A DNA stretch of 59,853 nucleotides, filler included, from Sphacelaria rigidula (taxonomy: Eukaryota): assembly GCA_964200075.2 (NCBI GenBank). It is 9 parts of 9 records of this genome, joined end to end, with 100 filler letters (N's around TTAATTAATTAA, not from the genome) between each part and the next. Parts side by side here need not be neighbours in the genome. Positions count along the whole stretch, not along the records: positions 19,987 to 26,548 come from CAXNAA020019338.1; positions 26,649 to 33,209 come from CAXNAA020019339.1; positions 33,310 to 39,870 come from CAXNAA020019340.1; 6 more parts are not named here. One strand, given 5' to 3'. A program made the translations under genes and the position numbers. Within the stretch, counting starts at the first letter, position 1, and each line of letters starts with the position of its first letter. Under the pieces are notes generated by a model. That model was not told the origin of the DNA. It ran no database searches and saw only the letters and a list, made by a program, of their open reading frames with translations. This document shows, one piece after another, positions 24,490-35,908 of this stretch.

Positions 24490-25630
24490 CGCGTGGAGTT
24501 CCCTCACACCACGTGACTGTCGCCGATTTTGTGTATGTTGTTTTGGAGGGTTCCGTGACGGTGGTGGAGCGGGTACGGCAAGAAGGTGTGATCGCCACCG
24601 CGTGCTGTCGGCGGTATATTGTGTTTCTCATTTTTTTCTTCATTTTTGAGGATGATTATATTGTGCTCGATGTCGCAAGTTTCCGTGAGAGCACCGGCAC
24701 GGCACGGCCGCGCGCCGTTCTTGATTCCGTTTTCTTTTTCTTAGTGAGTCGGGCGGGACTAGGTTGCAGAGTGATCGTGGCTTCCGGCGGTCGGAGTTGT
24801 CGGATCGCCGCACATGCTACTCGCCGTGTTGTTGTTTTTCATGACCGCTTATGATCACAGCACTTGAACTCTTATATGCTGAATTCCAGCGTGAAGGACG
24901 CGTCCTACACGCAAGCAAGCAGTGTTTGCGGGCGACCACTAGAAAGCGTGACCGCCGCTGATGCGGTGTGTTCGTTCTTTCTCGGTCGGCGATAGCAACA
25001 GGGTCGGTATGCCGACGGGTGGGGTTTGCCGCCGTCGCCTTGTTGTGGTTGATTGTGTATTACCCGGTAGAACCGCACGCATGTTGTATAATAATGTTGT
25101 CGGCAACAGGGGCGGGAACGGCCCGCCCGTGGGTTGTGCTGATGACCGTGATTTTTCAGCGGTCGATTGACTTCGTCCCTCCACCGTGATGTGGTACCGG
25201 CCAAACGGTGTTGGCTGCTTCTGTGACTATCGCGGCGTGGGTTCCGTTACACGGCGTGGCTGTCGCCGATTTTGTGTATGTTGTTTTGGGAGGGTTCGGT
25301 GGCGGTGGTGGGGCGGGTATGGCAAGGAGGTGTGATCGCTGCCGCGTGCTGTCGACGGTCGATTGTGTTTCTCAATTTTTTTTTCATTCTGAAGGATGAT
25401 TACATTGTGTTCGATGTCGCAAGTTCCCTTGAGTTCCTCGGGGCGGCACGGCCGCGCGCCGTCATGTATTTTTGATTCCATTTTGTGTTTTTTTAGCGAG
25501 TCGGGCGGGAATAGGTTGCGGAGTGATTGTGGCTACCGGCGATTGGAGTTGTCGGATTGCCGTACATGCCACTCGTCGTCTCGTTGTTTTTCATGGCCGC
25601 TTATGATCACAGCATTTAAACTCTTATGTG
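24490..25630 (+). repeat. Diverged direct repeat of ~390 bp (24490-24878 and 25232-25630)
   Basis: Colinear shared blocks CTGTCGCCGATTTTGTGTATGTTGTTTTGG, GGCACGGCCGCGCGCCGT and CCGCTTATGATCACAGCA. Confidence 0.9.
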
Positions 25631-26739
25631 GTAAAGCTTTTTATGGTGCACATGGTCTACGTTTTGACCACCGTCGGTGCCAGCGTGGACATCCCCGCCA
25701 GATAAAGACGAAAACACCAAACGCAGTGTATGAGGCCGTGCGCTCGCTGCACGTTTCGATGCAAGGTAGAAAAGTGCTGGAAATAGAGAGTACAGCAAGG
25801 CTGCACTGTCAGATGACAAACCCGGTGGTATCACGCCATGAATTACCGCATTATGCTGTGCTCTTCGTGTTGAATATGTATATAGTACCGGTGACCCCCC
25901 TTTCCTCACCCTAAGCATATCGTACACTCATGCCCATACCCATGCACGGTAATGGGTTCACATACTTGAAGGACACATGCTTCCCCCTCCCCACCGCCCG
26001 TCCCCCCCCGCATCCCCGTCACCTACGTTCGTCTTCATGTACCTCATATCTTCAGCCACTCGCTCCGCCGGTGGTGGCCTTGACCAACAAGCTCATCCCA
26101 AATCATGCAGTAAATCCAGCACTTACACACCGCCCGCCGTAAAACGCTGCAGGCTTACTCTCCATTCCTGCGTGCATCTTCCTGCACAGGACTTCACAAA
26201 TGCGCTACGGAACGAAGACACGCTTAGTAGTAACGCCGCTGTGGCCTCTCACCACCGGCAACTGCACTGTCCCTCATTCTGAATTCGAAACTACTTGACC
26301 GTGGGGAGCACAACGTACGTGTCGCCGTTGTCGTAAGTATTGCGCAGGTGTGCTACGATGCAGCCGAAAGCATCAACTGCAAAGGAAGGGGGGTACAAGT
26401 GCGTCGAGAGGAATGTTTTACACAGGCTTGCCGTGCACCCTCGCCCGGAGGCGAGTCTATGAGCGCCGTCGTTCAGCACGCGTTCATGTAGGAAACTTCT
26501 AGTCAGTTCGTCAGCCGCCGTAGTGACTAGAAGTTTCCTACATGAACGNNNNNNNNNNNNNNNNNNNNNNNNNNNNNNNNNNNNNNNNNNNNTTAATTAA
26601 TTAANNNNNNNNNNNNNNNNNNNNNNNNNNNNNNNNNNNNNNNNNNNNCCCCCCCCCCCCCCCCCCCCCCACGGCCCCCAACACACAGACAGCCAAAAAA
26701 AAAGCCCCCCCCCCCCCCCCCCCCCCTCCTCCTCCGAAG

Positions 26740-28443
26740 GTGGTAACCCTGCAGCGAACGTTAAATGCCTCGGCGGAGGAAACAATGAGATACGCTGAAG
26801 CGGCGGCTGAACGGCGACGCGAGGTGGAAGATATGTCGAAGTCGCTGAGTGAAGAGGCCGAACGTTCGGAGGGGGCCACCAAGCTAACCGAGGACCTCCA
26901 AGCCGACATCAACAACACGTGAGTAACGCACAGAGCAGTGTTATCGGACCCCTTCGGTGAGAGGCAGGAAGGATGCACGTGGGGACAGAGATGCACACGG
27001 CTGCGGACCGCGAGGGAGAGCATGAGGTCGCCCTCGTCCGAGTTGTACGTGGGAAACAAACACGTCACCTTGCTGGCCTTGATTCCCCTTGAACAGGTTG
27101 TACGAAACGCAACGGTTAGCCGAGGTGCAAGCTGCTAAGAAACGGATATGTGACAGCCTGAAAGATGTGAAACGAGGAGTTGTGAAGGCGGTGCCGGCGA
27201 CAGAGGGCATGAAGGCAAGAAAACAACCCAGGGGAGGGTGTACTCATGGTCTTGTATGTCGCAGTCATAAGACCGTTGACCTCGCATGCCTACAACGCCG
27301 GGACGGAGCACGCCGGGTTTTCCACCGGACCAGGCTCGCAATCACCAAGCGCGAAGCACCTTGACATGTTCGGCGAGTCGCGTGGGAGGTGACCTGCATC
27401 CTACTGAGATTGTCAGGCCCGAAGCGTAAAACTGATCTTGCATATGGATGACAACCTATGATGGGCTGCTTCATTTTCTGGTATCGCCACTCCCAGGGAC
27501 AGTCATGGGTTACACTGCCTCATGGGTGCCTCATCATTTCGACACCACGTAGTACGATCATCCCTCTGCGAAGAGTTGAGGATCTACACCCCGCACAATA
27601 TGATCTAACTCGACCACCATCATGGGTACCGCAAAAAAACGCAAGCGAGAAAAAAACGGTAACCTGGTTGCCTAGCTTACGCAGCGATTCGCATGCTTTT
27701 ACAGCATCCTTGCCAACCGACGCCAATCCTTGAAGGGCGGTAACCCAGGGCGAGGGGGAGCAGGGATAACGTCGGGACTGAAAGTTACTCTTCGATATCA
27801 CTGACTATATCCCTTATGTTGAGGGGACATACAGGATCAAGTTCGGCGTTACACTTGGTACCAAGCGAAAAAATGATGACCTACAAACCTGGTTGGCACG
27901 GAGATAACATCGATTTCCTCTCTCAATAAAGTGCATCCACCGAACAGTAACCTACGTTTCGAGCCCCGCTTGCATGCGTAACTTGTTTTAGCCCCTATAT
28001 AGCTACTCCTCAAGACTCTGTCCGTTAAAACTGGGCAAGGATCTCTCTTTCACGCGTATTTTCCCGCGTGTGTTTGAGGTGAAGTACCTCCCCCACCGAG
28101 TACAGGGGCTATTTTGTTTCGAGATCCCCTATCACCGCCCTTTTCACACACCCCCGTCTCCCTGCGCCAGAATGTTGGAGGTGTCTCTGTTGGGAGTAGG
28201 AACGGTGCTCCGTCTCGAAAGGGATGCGTGGTCAATGGTCACACGACTAAGGCAAGCAACAAATGACTACGCCCCACCCCCCGTCTCCCTGCCGCAACGC
28301 ATCAGGTCGAACAAGGACTGTTCACTGCAGAAACGCGGCTGGCGGCGGTTCGCGATGTAGTGGACTCGTTATCACAACAGTTCCCCCACTTACAAGACGT
28401 CCTTAGTCGGGTGTCCAGGCTCTCGGAAGACTTCACCGCGTGA
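26740..28443 (+). CDS. 3' end of an unknown coiled-coil protein; exons 26740-26918, 27097-27214, 28306-28443 (stop)
   Basis: Phase-consistent splicing (phase 2 then phase 0) gives VVTLQRTLNASAEETMRYAEAAAERRREVEDM...INNT LYETQRLAEVQAAKKRICDSLK...EGMK|VEQGLFTAETRLAAVRDVVDSLSQQFPHLQDVLSRVSRLSEDFTA*. The second intron uses a GC donor. Confidence 0.75.
27234..27741 (-). mobile_element. Poly(C)-tailed retroposon family 2 copy with TSD, intronic
   Basis: Homologous to 33330-33660 and 50250-50484. Flanked by the direct repeat AACCCAGGG at 27225-27233 and 27742-27750. Confidence 0.8.
28166..28277 (+). mobile_element. 5'-truncated LINE family 1 insertion with a 15-bp TSD
   Basis: CCCCCGTCTCCCTGC at 28151-28165 and 28278-28292 flanks the family 1 3' end. 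Confidence 0.9.
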
Positions 28444-29672
28444 AGTGCCCCCCGAAATACATTGTCATATCCCAGGGTATAACGATACGATTGCTGCGTA
28501 TATACTGTTGTTAAGAATGTGAGCAGTTCACGGGTAGAAGAAGTTTTTTCCGTGAGGGGGTGTTTATCTGGTACGGGGTCTGTGCTTCTTCGTCCTCGTG
28601 CGAGCTGACGTCCAAAGTGACCCTTGAAGGCGACGTGCCACATCAGGGTCCTCAAGTGCAAGTAGGCGATTGTGTGATGAGGAGTGTTTATTGTAGGTCT
28701 GCTCTCCATGCAGCGTGTTTGGATTCGACGTGATGCATGTCGTTCGCACTCTAACCATGCGGTGCGTGCTGGAGTTGCGTAGTAGTGGTGAGGCGATCGT
28801 GTGTGCTTTCGTTGTATGGTGCAAGTCTGAGCACAGATTCGTCTACATGTGAACGAGTAGCCTCAGGTTGTCCGTGTCAGCATGTTCTACGCGGCATACA
28901 TACCCGATAAGAGACGACGCGTGAACCCTACCAAATAGCAATGACTCTCCGGAATCCCTCCCTTTTCATGCACGGCCAAAGCCCACGACGGGGGTAAGCT
29001 AGCACAGGAAGACACCGGGAGTAATCCTCCTGGCGTCGATGGTGCAACGGTGGATTGAAGAAGCGTCAGGGTATATTGTACCCTGTACGCTAGAATTTCA
29101 ACCTGGGTTTCATCACTCCACGGTTCGCCGCAAAGGGCTCATGAGTGGTACGGGAGCTGCGGAAATACAACTGTCACCATGCTATGGGCAATGGACAGAG
29201 ATGAGGACGGCCGGGAGGCTCACCTCTCGATGCGAGGAAGGACACACGGCACAAACTTCCTGAAACAATCCCGCCCCTTGTCATGGGAGATCCCCACAAC
29301 CTTCCCGAATCTCTCGCAGTGAATGGCAAGCGTTCCGGTCGAATCTTCCCGCGTGACAGGAGGAAAGAGTAGCGGAAGATCTTTGCCAGGAGGGGTAAGA
29401 AACGAAACGGGAACTGACCCCTCATCCTCCGACCAAGGTGCAGCCTATCGTTAGATTGGGCCAGTATAGCCCCGATACCAAAGCGCTGGCGAGGGAGTGA
29501 GGTGGCACGCCCCCGCTCCGTCGAAATCACGCAAGAGATGACTAAAAAATGTTGATTATTTTATTCAAAATTGCATCGCTTGACAAACTCGCTACTCGAT
29601 ATACTCTGCCCAGCAACCTCTTCCCTTTCCGAGATGGTTGGTTTGCGCTCTTATTTATGGTTCCCCACACCG

Positions 29673-29899
29673 GTCGCCGCGGTGGCTCAATTGGTAACCT
29701 CGAAACCCTTTGACGGTTGGGTCGTGGGTTCAATTCTCGGAGCATGCCCAACAGTGGAGAGCGACTATGTCGTGGGTACACAAAACTCGACTTAAGGGTC
29801 AATGGGGGAAAGGGACTGCTGAACCCCTCTCGCGAAAAAAAACAAAGGCAAACATCGCAGAAGGAAGGTGGGGTACTAAAAACAACAACAACAAAAAAA
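29673..29899 (+). mobile_element. tRNA-derived SINE
   Basis: Pol III A box TGGCTCAATTGG (29683-29694) and B box GGTTCAATTCT (29727-29737), followed by a non-tRNA body and an (AAC)n/A-rich tail. Confidence 0.65.
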
Positions 29900-31144
29900 C
29901 TCCTGTGTTGACCTTCCCCCTATGTGACCCCGGCTGATGCGCCCACATATACCGATAGGTGTAGACCGGCGTCCAGAATAGATGGGACGACAATACAATC
30001 CCATGATTTGGTATGAAACACCCATCCATCCTACAACAGCAGCAAGCGCAAGAGGGAAAAGGTCGTGCGTTGATCACAAAAAAGGGATAACACATACCAC
30101 TTGCGGAACCATAGACAGATATCACTTCCGCCACAGTACTGCTGAAGGGTCAACACTTGCCCGGAGGTACATAATTCTCTCAGGGGGTCATAAATATATC
30201 CGATGCCTTCTATAACCTACTGTCGCATTCAAAGCGTACTTCCACATCCACATCCACATCCACACCTACACTTGGACAGGAAATCTGAAACATACACTGA
30301 ATGACAACTTAGAGTTGAGGGCAATTGTTGGGTGGGCCAATCAACAGCCTTCACTCGACTCCTCTCTGGCCCCGCAAGTCCCTTTCCTGGCTGAAGTCTC
30401 AACCTACAGGAACCAACAGACCAAACACCCCGCGGTATATTGTGTGATGGACGCACCTCTTCTGTGCTCCTAAAAGTCTGAGCCTCGCGAAAACCCACTC
30501 CCTGTACACGAGCCCCGCGTTAGTTCATTTTGTCGCGTGCCCTATTCTCGCTTCTTTACATCACGATGACTCAAGAGGAGTACAGGTTCAAGCCCTACGC
30601 AAACCACTCATCGAACATTTCAGCCCCCAAGGCGTGTGCTGCCCTGGAACAATACTGGAACGTACAAGTCCAGTGGAGCACTTGCTAGTGCGATGCTAGT
30701 GTGTGCTCGTAGCAGTCTCTGAAAACAATATACAGGATCCAAAATACGGTCCGCCGGTCTGCCCAACCCGCGAGAGCGCTACGGTCGAGACGAAAATTCC
30801 CGTTCCGTACCGTCACCGAAAGCATTTATTTTATGGGATACTGTGGAGAATCGTTTCACACAGGGAAACACACGCACACGAATATACAAGTACGAGCAGC
30901 ACCCTGCCTGGTGTTACGATTTACGCCATCTATGGGGAGTGCCATTGAACACGGTGCTGCCTAAACAAGAACGCAGCATACTGCTCTACAAACATTCAAC
31001 TGTTGTTGCCCAAATCCGGCAGAGACTAGTACAGTCACACGAAAGATCCACACCACCCGACCAAACAAAAACAAAAGGACCTACGAAATACCCAGGGGTG
31101 GCTACAATATCGTAAGGGCAAGTAAACACACGTTCTTCGTTCGG

Positions 31145-32432
31145 TCACTTCGCTGTGGCGGGCGCGGAAGCGGTGGTTACCCCCGTAATTGACGTGGGCA
31201 GACGTTTGGACACCCACTCGTACGTCATGAAGGTGATCGCCTGGCCTGGCATAATGCGCATGAGTCTGGGCGTCAGTCCCTTCCACAGGGCCCTCACCCC
31301 CTCTTCCTTGGCAATGAGAGTCATGGACGGCACGAAACCTTCGTATTTTGGTGCCTGTCCCGGGATAATCACCTGCCAGTGTGACAAATCACGTTTTTCG
31401 GAAGTGGCAAAAGCAGGGGGAGCGGAGGTGAGGAGTGGGTTCCGGTGTTAAATTTTATTGTTGACGCTGGAGCATGGGAGTACAGGCACAAAATACGAGC
31501 ACTTCGAAAACTTGCTCAGCTACGAGGAAACAGGTTGCACCTTGATTTTCATCATACTATTTCAGCTAATTACATTATCTTACGCTAGATCGAGCCGAAT
31601 CAGGAAGAATGCAAATGGGCGAAGAGCAATTGACTGTGATGATTTTTCAAACACAGAGGCAGAGCTTGGTTTTGTGTTTACGGTGCTGTGGTTTTGTGCG
31701 GGCTGACACACGCACACGTCATCGTTCACCTGCTTCTGCAAGCGAGTCTTGACGACGTCAAGTGGGTTGTTGACGCAAGGTCCGATGCCCCCGCTCACCC
31801 CCCCCAAGATCATGTGCTGCCACGGAGCCAGGGTCTCGCGACCAGTGTACTCGGAAAGCTTCCTCTTGAATATGTCGTAGCACGTGAAGTTTACCGCCTG
31901 TAAATCACGAATAACGGTCACGGAATATTGTACTAGGATTAAGTCGGGGGCGGGTTTTAAGAAAATAAGGAGTAACCGTATACACCATTTGGCCTTGGCG
32001 CGGCCGGACGGTAAAAGAGAGTTGTATGGCATCGTCGAACAAGGACACAACGCCAAATATCCTAATAATTCGTCCTCAACCAAAGAATGCAGCGGTCACG
32101 TTGTCGGTAAAGTATGCACCAACATCATCATTTCGAAACAAATTTCGTCATTCAACTCTCCCCTCCTTCTTACACCGATATAGCAGTCACCTGGTTGCAG
32201 CCCTGACGTAGTGTGGTCGGAACCAGCCCCTTGTACAGAGCTCTCGGACCTTCCTCTCTTGCCACTAATACGGCGGTCTGTAGAACGTTTCTGTACTTTC
32301 TATTGGCCATCTGCCCAGGGTCTAGCATGGAGTGAAATTGCGCCTGCATGCGAATCTTGCACACTTCTGCGGGTGTCACGACAAGGACTGCTTCCGTTAC
32401 ACCGGACCCTAAGCCCGCCAGAAACACTAATC
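31145..32432 (-). CDS. SFC1: Mitochondrial carrier family protein, succinate/fumarate carrier SFC1-like, 3' part; exons 32432-32191, 31897-31730, 31372-31145 (stop)
   Basis: GT-AG, phase-consistent exons give FLAGLGSGVTEAVLVVTPAEVCKIRMQ...LYKGLVPTTLRQGCNQ|AVNFTCY...NNPLDVVKTRLQKQ|...LWKGLTPRLMRIMPGQAITFMTYE. There are two PX[DE]XX[KR]X[RK] signatures and close resemblance to yeast Sfc1 (RQATNQGANFT, RVAPGQAVTFTVYE). The 5' exons are not identified in this contig. Confidence 0.92.
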
Positions 32433-33329
32433 CTGGGATACGAAGGGGGCATTGACGACAGGACAAGTGTAGGGACGGGAGAACTTATTTCATGGTTGAA
32501 AAGGTGTTTCAAGGAATTGCACATATGCAGGGTGGGAGGGTTCTTGTTGACTATTTCGTGGTGTCAAGGATAGCTGGTCAGGTCTACCTCCGTCGGCACA
32601 AGCATTTTGACTGGGGCATCCACGAGGCAATCAATTGAGAGCGGTTTTTGCATACAGTGCGGACGAAATATTCATTTGACTACAGTTTTGCCCAGATATA
32701 TCATCTGTCGGTACGGTGTAATCCACATTTCATTCTCCCGATAACTCGGGAGTGGTGGGGCAAGACGGTCATGCTACGAAAACCCCTTGCGCTTTTACGC
32801 AGTGCTGTCTAGATCCTACTTCCATGCTCTTCATGCATGCAAGCTCACAAAGCGCCGATTTTCCTGGGTTATGCGGACTTCTGTTGTACGAAGTTATCAA
32901 GCATAATCCACTGGGATCATCGTGCGACTAAGGAGGCTTGTCTCAGATAACGCAAAATGGCTAAAAAGCATGATTTCTACCCGTACGGGAGGTGGTAGGT
33001 AAGTTCTGCGTGCTTGTGCATATCAACGGTTGTTTTGAGTTAATTGAGGTTTTGTGCAGGTCATCAGCAACCGCAACAATTTCTTACTTTGTTGCTGATA
33101 CCCAATACTACCCCATAACGTTTTACGTCCGCAGGGCCACAGAATTCGCCCTCCAGAACCACCACTTTGTCCTGGTATTCGGTGCAATAGCAACAGGCCC
33201 TCTTCTCCTNNNNNNNNNNNNNNNNNNNNNNNNNNNNNNNNNNNNNNNNNNNNTTAATTAATTAANNNNNNNNNNNNNNNNNNNNNNNNNNNNNNNNNNN
33301 NNNNNNNNNATTTGGATTTATTTGTTTTG

Positions 33330-33662
33330 GCGTAAGACTGGATCTAGCTCGACTACCATCATGGTTACCGGGGAAAAAACGTAAACGCGCTAACACAACG
33401 GTAACCTGGTTGCCTAGCTTCGCGGTGAGTGAGGTGTTTTATAGCGTCATCGCCAACCGACGCCAACCCCATCGGGGATCCGCCCCTACAAAGCCGGGAC
33501 GGAGCACGCCGGGTTCTCGCCGGACCAGGAAATGGGTGGGAGGGGGGAGGGCACTCATAATCTTGCATACCGTAGCCATAAATCCATTGGCCTCGCATCC
33601 CTACAAAGCCGGCGGAGAGCACGCCGAGTTTCCGCCGAACCAGGCTAGGGAGCGGGGGGGGG
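33330..33662 (-). mobile_element. Rearranged or nested family 2 retroposon fragments
   Basis: GGTAACCTGGTTGCCTAGCTT and two copies of the CCTACAAAGCCGG...GGAG(C/A)...CACGCCG block match 27234-27741. Confidence 0.8.
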
Positions 33663-33746
33663 AAGAGTTTGCTTGTAGTTCATCATAACTAGCTGGAGAA
33701 TCGCTGCTGTTCATCTGCTTTTTTCTTTCTTGCTTGTCTCTGTCAG

Positions 33747-33974
33747 GATGAAGACGCCAAGTTGGAGCCAATAAAATCGAAGCTTCGCGACCATCTTTTG
33801 AAGCATCCCTCACTTCCTGTCATGCGAGAGATTGCGCTGGAGATAAGGCGAAAGTTCGGCTGCTGGGTCGGGATCAACCCATTTAGGCCATACACTGAGG
33901 TATGGGTTGAGGTCGCCCCAAGCACACCCGCCAATGATGACGGTTACCCCTTACACCCCTCGGCTGCGAAGTAG
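33747..33974 (+). CDS. Probable terminal exon of an unknown protein
   Basis: Strong pyrimidine tract and CAG acceptor at 33746, then an open frame DEDAKLEPIKSKLRDHLLKHPSLPVMREIALEIRRKFGCWVGINPF... to TAG. An alternative donor lies at ~33900. No homology recognised. Confidence 0.45.
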   Translation, partial: DEDAKLEPIKSKLRDHLLKHPSLPVMREIALEIRRKFGCWVGINPFRPYTEVWVEVAPSTPANDDGYPLHPSAAK

Positions 33975-35549
33975 TGGACGTTTCTCGGATAGTGCGTGCG
34001 TGCCGAGGTAGATGTGTGTCACGTGACTTCACTTTTCGTGCGCTGCTACGGCAAAGATCTCAAGAGCTGTTCGGTCAAGATATTTTATCTCCGTTTTGCT
34101 CGATAGCGCGCATGTTTTGGATCCTGACCTACCCTGTAGGTCTCATCCTTCAAGTGAACCTTCGCAGGAGTACCGATTCGCTGTAGTACCTTCGAATAGA
34201 TGACCCACACACAGCCAAGTAGTGGATAATGGCGGTATGATCATGTGGTGGATGATGACTTTATCCTCAATCGTTGTGTTTGGTGCGATGGATCGGAGGG
34301 TCGGCTACTTATTGGTCAATGCACACAGTTTGGAGTCTGTGTACCCCACAGTACAAACTTGTGGATAATAGGCGGTGTTTTCTCAGGTGTATGTTTTCAT
34401 TCTGCGCTTGTTTATCCCTGATTTTCTCCTCTGCTTGACTTTGTGCTTTTTTCTGTTTTCGTTCTTCATTTTCCTGACTTGATTCATTTTTCTTCAATAT
34501 TTATACTTTCCCCACCGAAGCCATGTGGCCGAGGCAGGCCATTTTTTTTTCTTCATTTTTTTCTTTTCGTGTCTCAGTGCCGCACTATGTTGTTCTGTCC
34601 TACCTTCTTTGTTTCTTTTTTTTTTCTCCGGCGCGTGTTTCATTTTTGTTTCTTGGGTACGTCTACCATGTCAAAATGTGACAATTAAAAAAATCAATTA
34701 GGACCACAATTCATGCGCGTGTATGCTGTGTGTTCTTCCTGTAGATGGTGCTTGAGGAGCTAGCGATGGAGCACTACAAGGCCGACAATGATAACAGCGT
34801 CAGATATGCCAAGCTCAAGCTTAAGGTTTGATGCATCCTTTGCTCGTTCTTTTTTCGTGTTCAGGTGTCTGCGCATGTCCACGTGAAACATGGTGATCAA
34901 ATGCTCTGAAGAAACAGGGAAAATACCGTGAAAATTGTGTCGTTGCGGTGGGAGGTTGCCGCCATCCTCGCGCTTCGCTCTTGTTTTGCGGTTTGCTGAT
35001 GTTTTGTGTGTCGTGCAATATTTGTATTCATTTGCGGGAGGGGGGTGCACATTCGTTGATCGCCTTAGTCGGTTGGTCTTGCTGTCGATATTCATTTAGG
35101 TAGAGATGATATTCCTTCGCTGCGTGCTTTCGGTTAGTCTTGCTGTCGACGGCTGTGTAGCACAGAAGCTAACGGATTCACAAACAAAGGTTGTGTGTGA
35201 GTACCCTCCCCTTCCCCCATGGTGCAGATACATCCGATGAAAAACTCGTAGCAGAAAAAATGAGCCGATCATGTCTTACTTCTGACAGGATCGTCAAGTA
35301 GTGAAGGCAACACTGTCCCAAAACCGTGAATCCCTGGATCATGGCATACCCTACTTCATTTTCAAACTCGAATGTATTCTACACACAAACACACACACAG
35401 GGTCAGGGCCTGCACTAAACTGTGTGGCCAATGATACATCTATATATATATATATATGAACATACGTAAACGTTAGTGTGACGGCAGCCGTTCGTTGTTG
35501 TCGAGAAATGGGCTCTGAAAAAGAGTGCCGTAAAAATATTGAATACTGC

Positions 35550-35908
35550 ATCTGGCCGTGGGTATTTTCACGGGACATGGCACTTACGGTACTCGTCTAT
35601 GTAGGTACTACTTTTTTTTTCCCTCACACTTCGAACCCTTCCTGGGGATGAGTCAGTGGTCACAAGGAATCAACCCATCTCTCCCCCGGTACGTGCCTTT
35701 CAATGTGGACCCGCGAAGTGCGTCAGCATTCCCGCACCGCGTCAAGACACGTCACGCAAACCCGGTCGACTGCTTTGTTAACTCACGTTCCCATGCTTTC
35801 CACGGTGGTAATCATATATTACGAAGAAAATACCCAACGCATCGGGAATCGAACCCCCGTTCTCTCAACCCTAATGGCGACAGTCGGACCATTACACCAC
35901 CGAGGCGC
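35550..35908 (-). mobile_element. tRNA-derived SINE (second family)
   Basis: A box TGGTGTAATGG (35899-35889) and B box GGTTCGATTCC (35855-35845), with no proper tRNA acceptor stem, followed by an unrelated body. The 3' limit is approximate. Confidence 0.6.

Noticed and set aside
28278..28305. Idea that the LINE C tail created the acceptor pyrimidine tract de novo
   Set aside because: The tract is part of the TSD and therefore pre-dated the insertion.
30229..30498. RVKAVDWPT resembles a Ty3/gypsy RT-RNase H linker
   Set aside because: No flanking gypsy motifs. The segment ends in a (GGATGT)n tract and more likely represents an unidentified non-LTR 3' end.
35840..35908. tRNA gene candidates at 35.9 kb and 29.7 kb
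   Set aside because: A and B boxes are present but there are no complete acceptor or anticodon stems. Interpreted as SINE heads.
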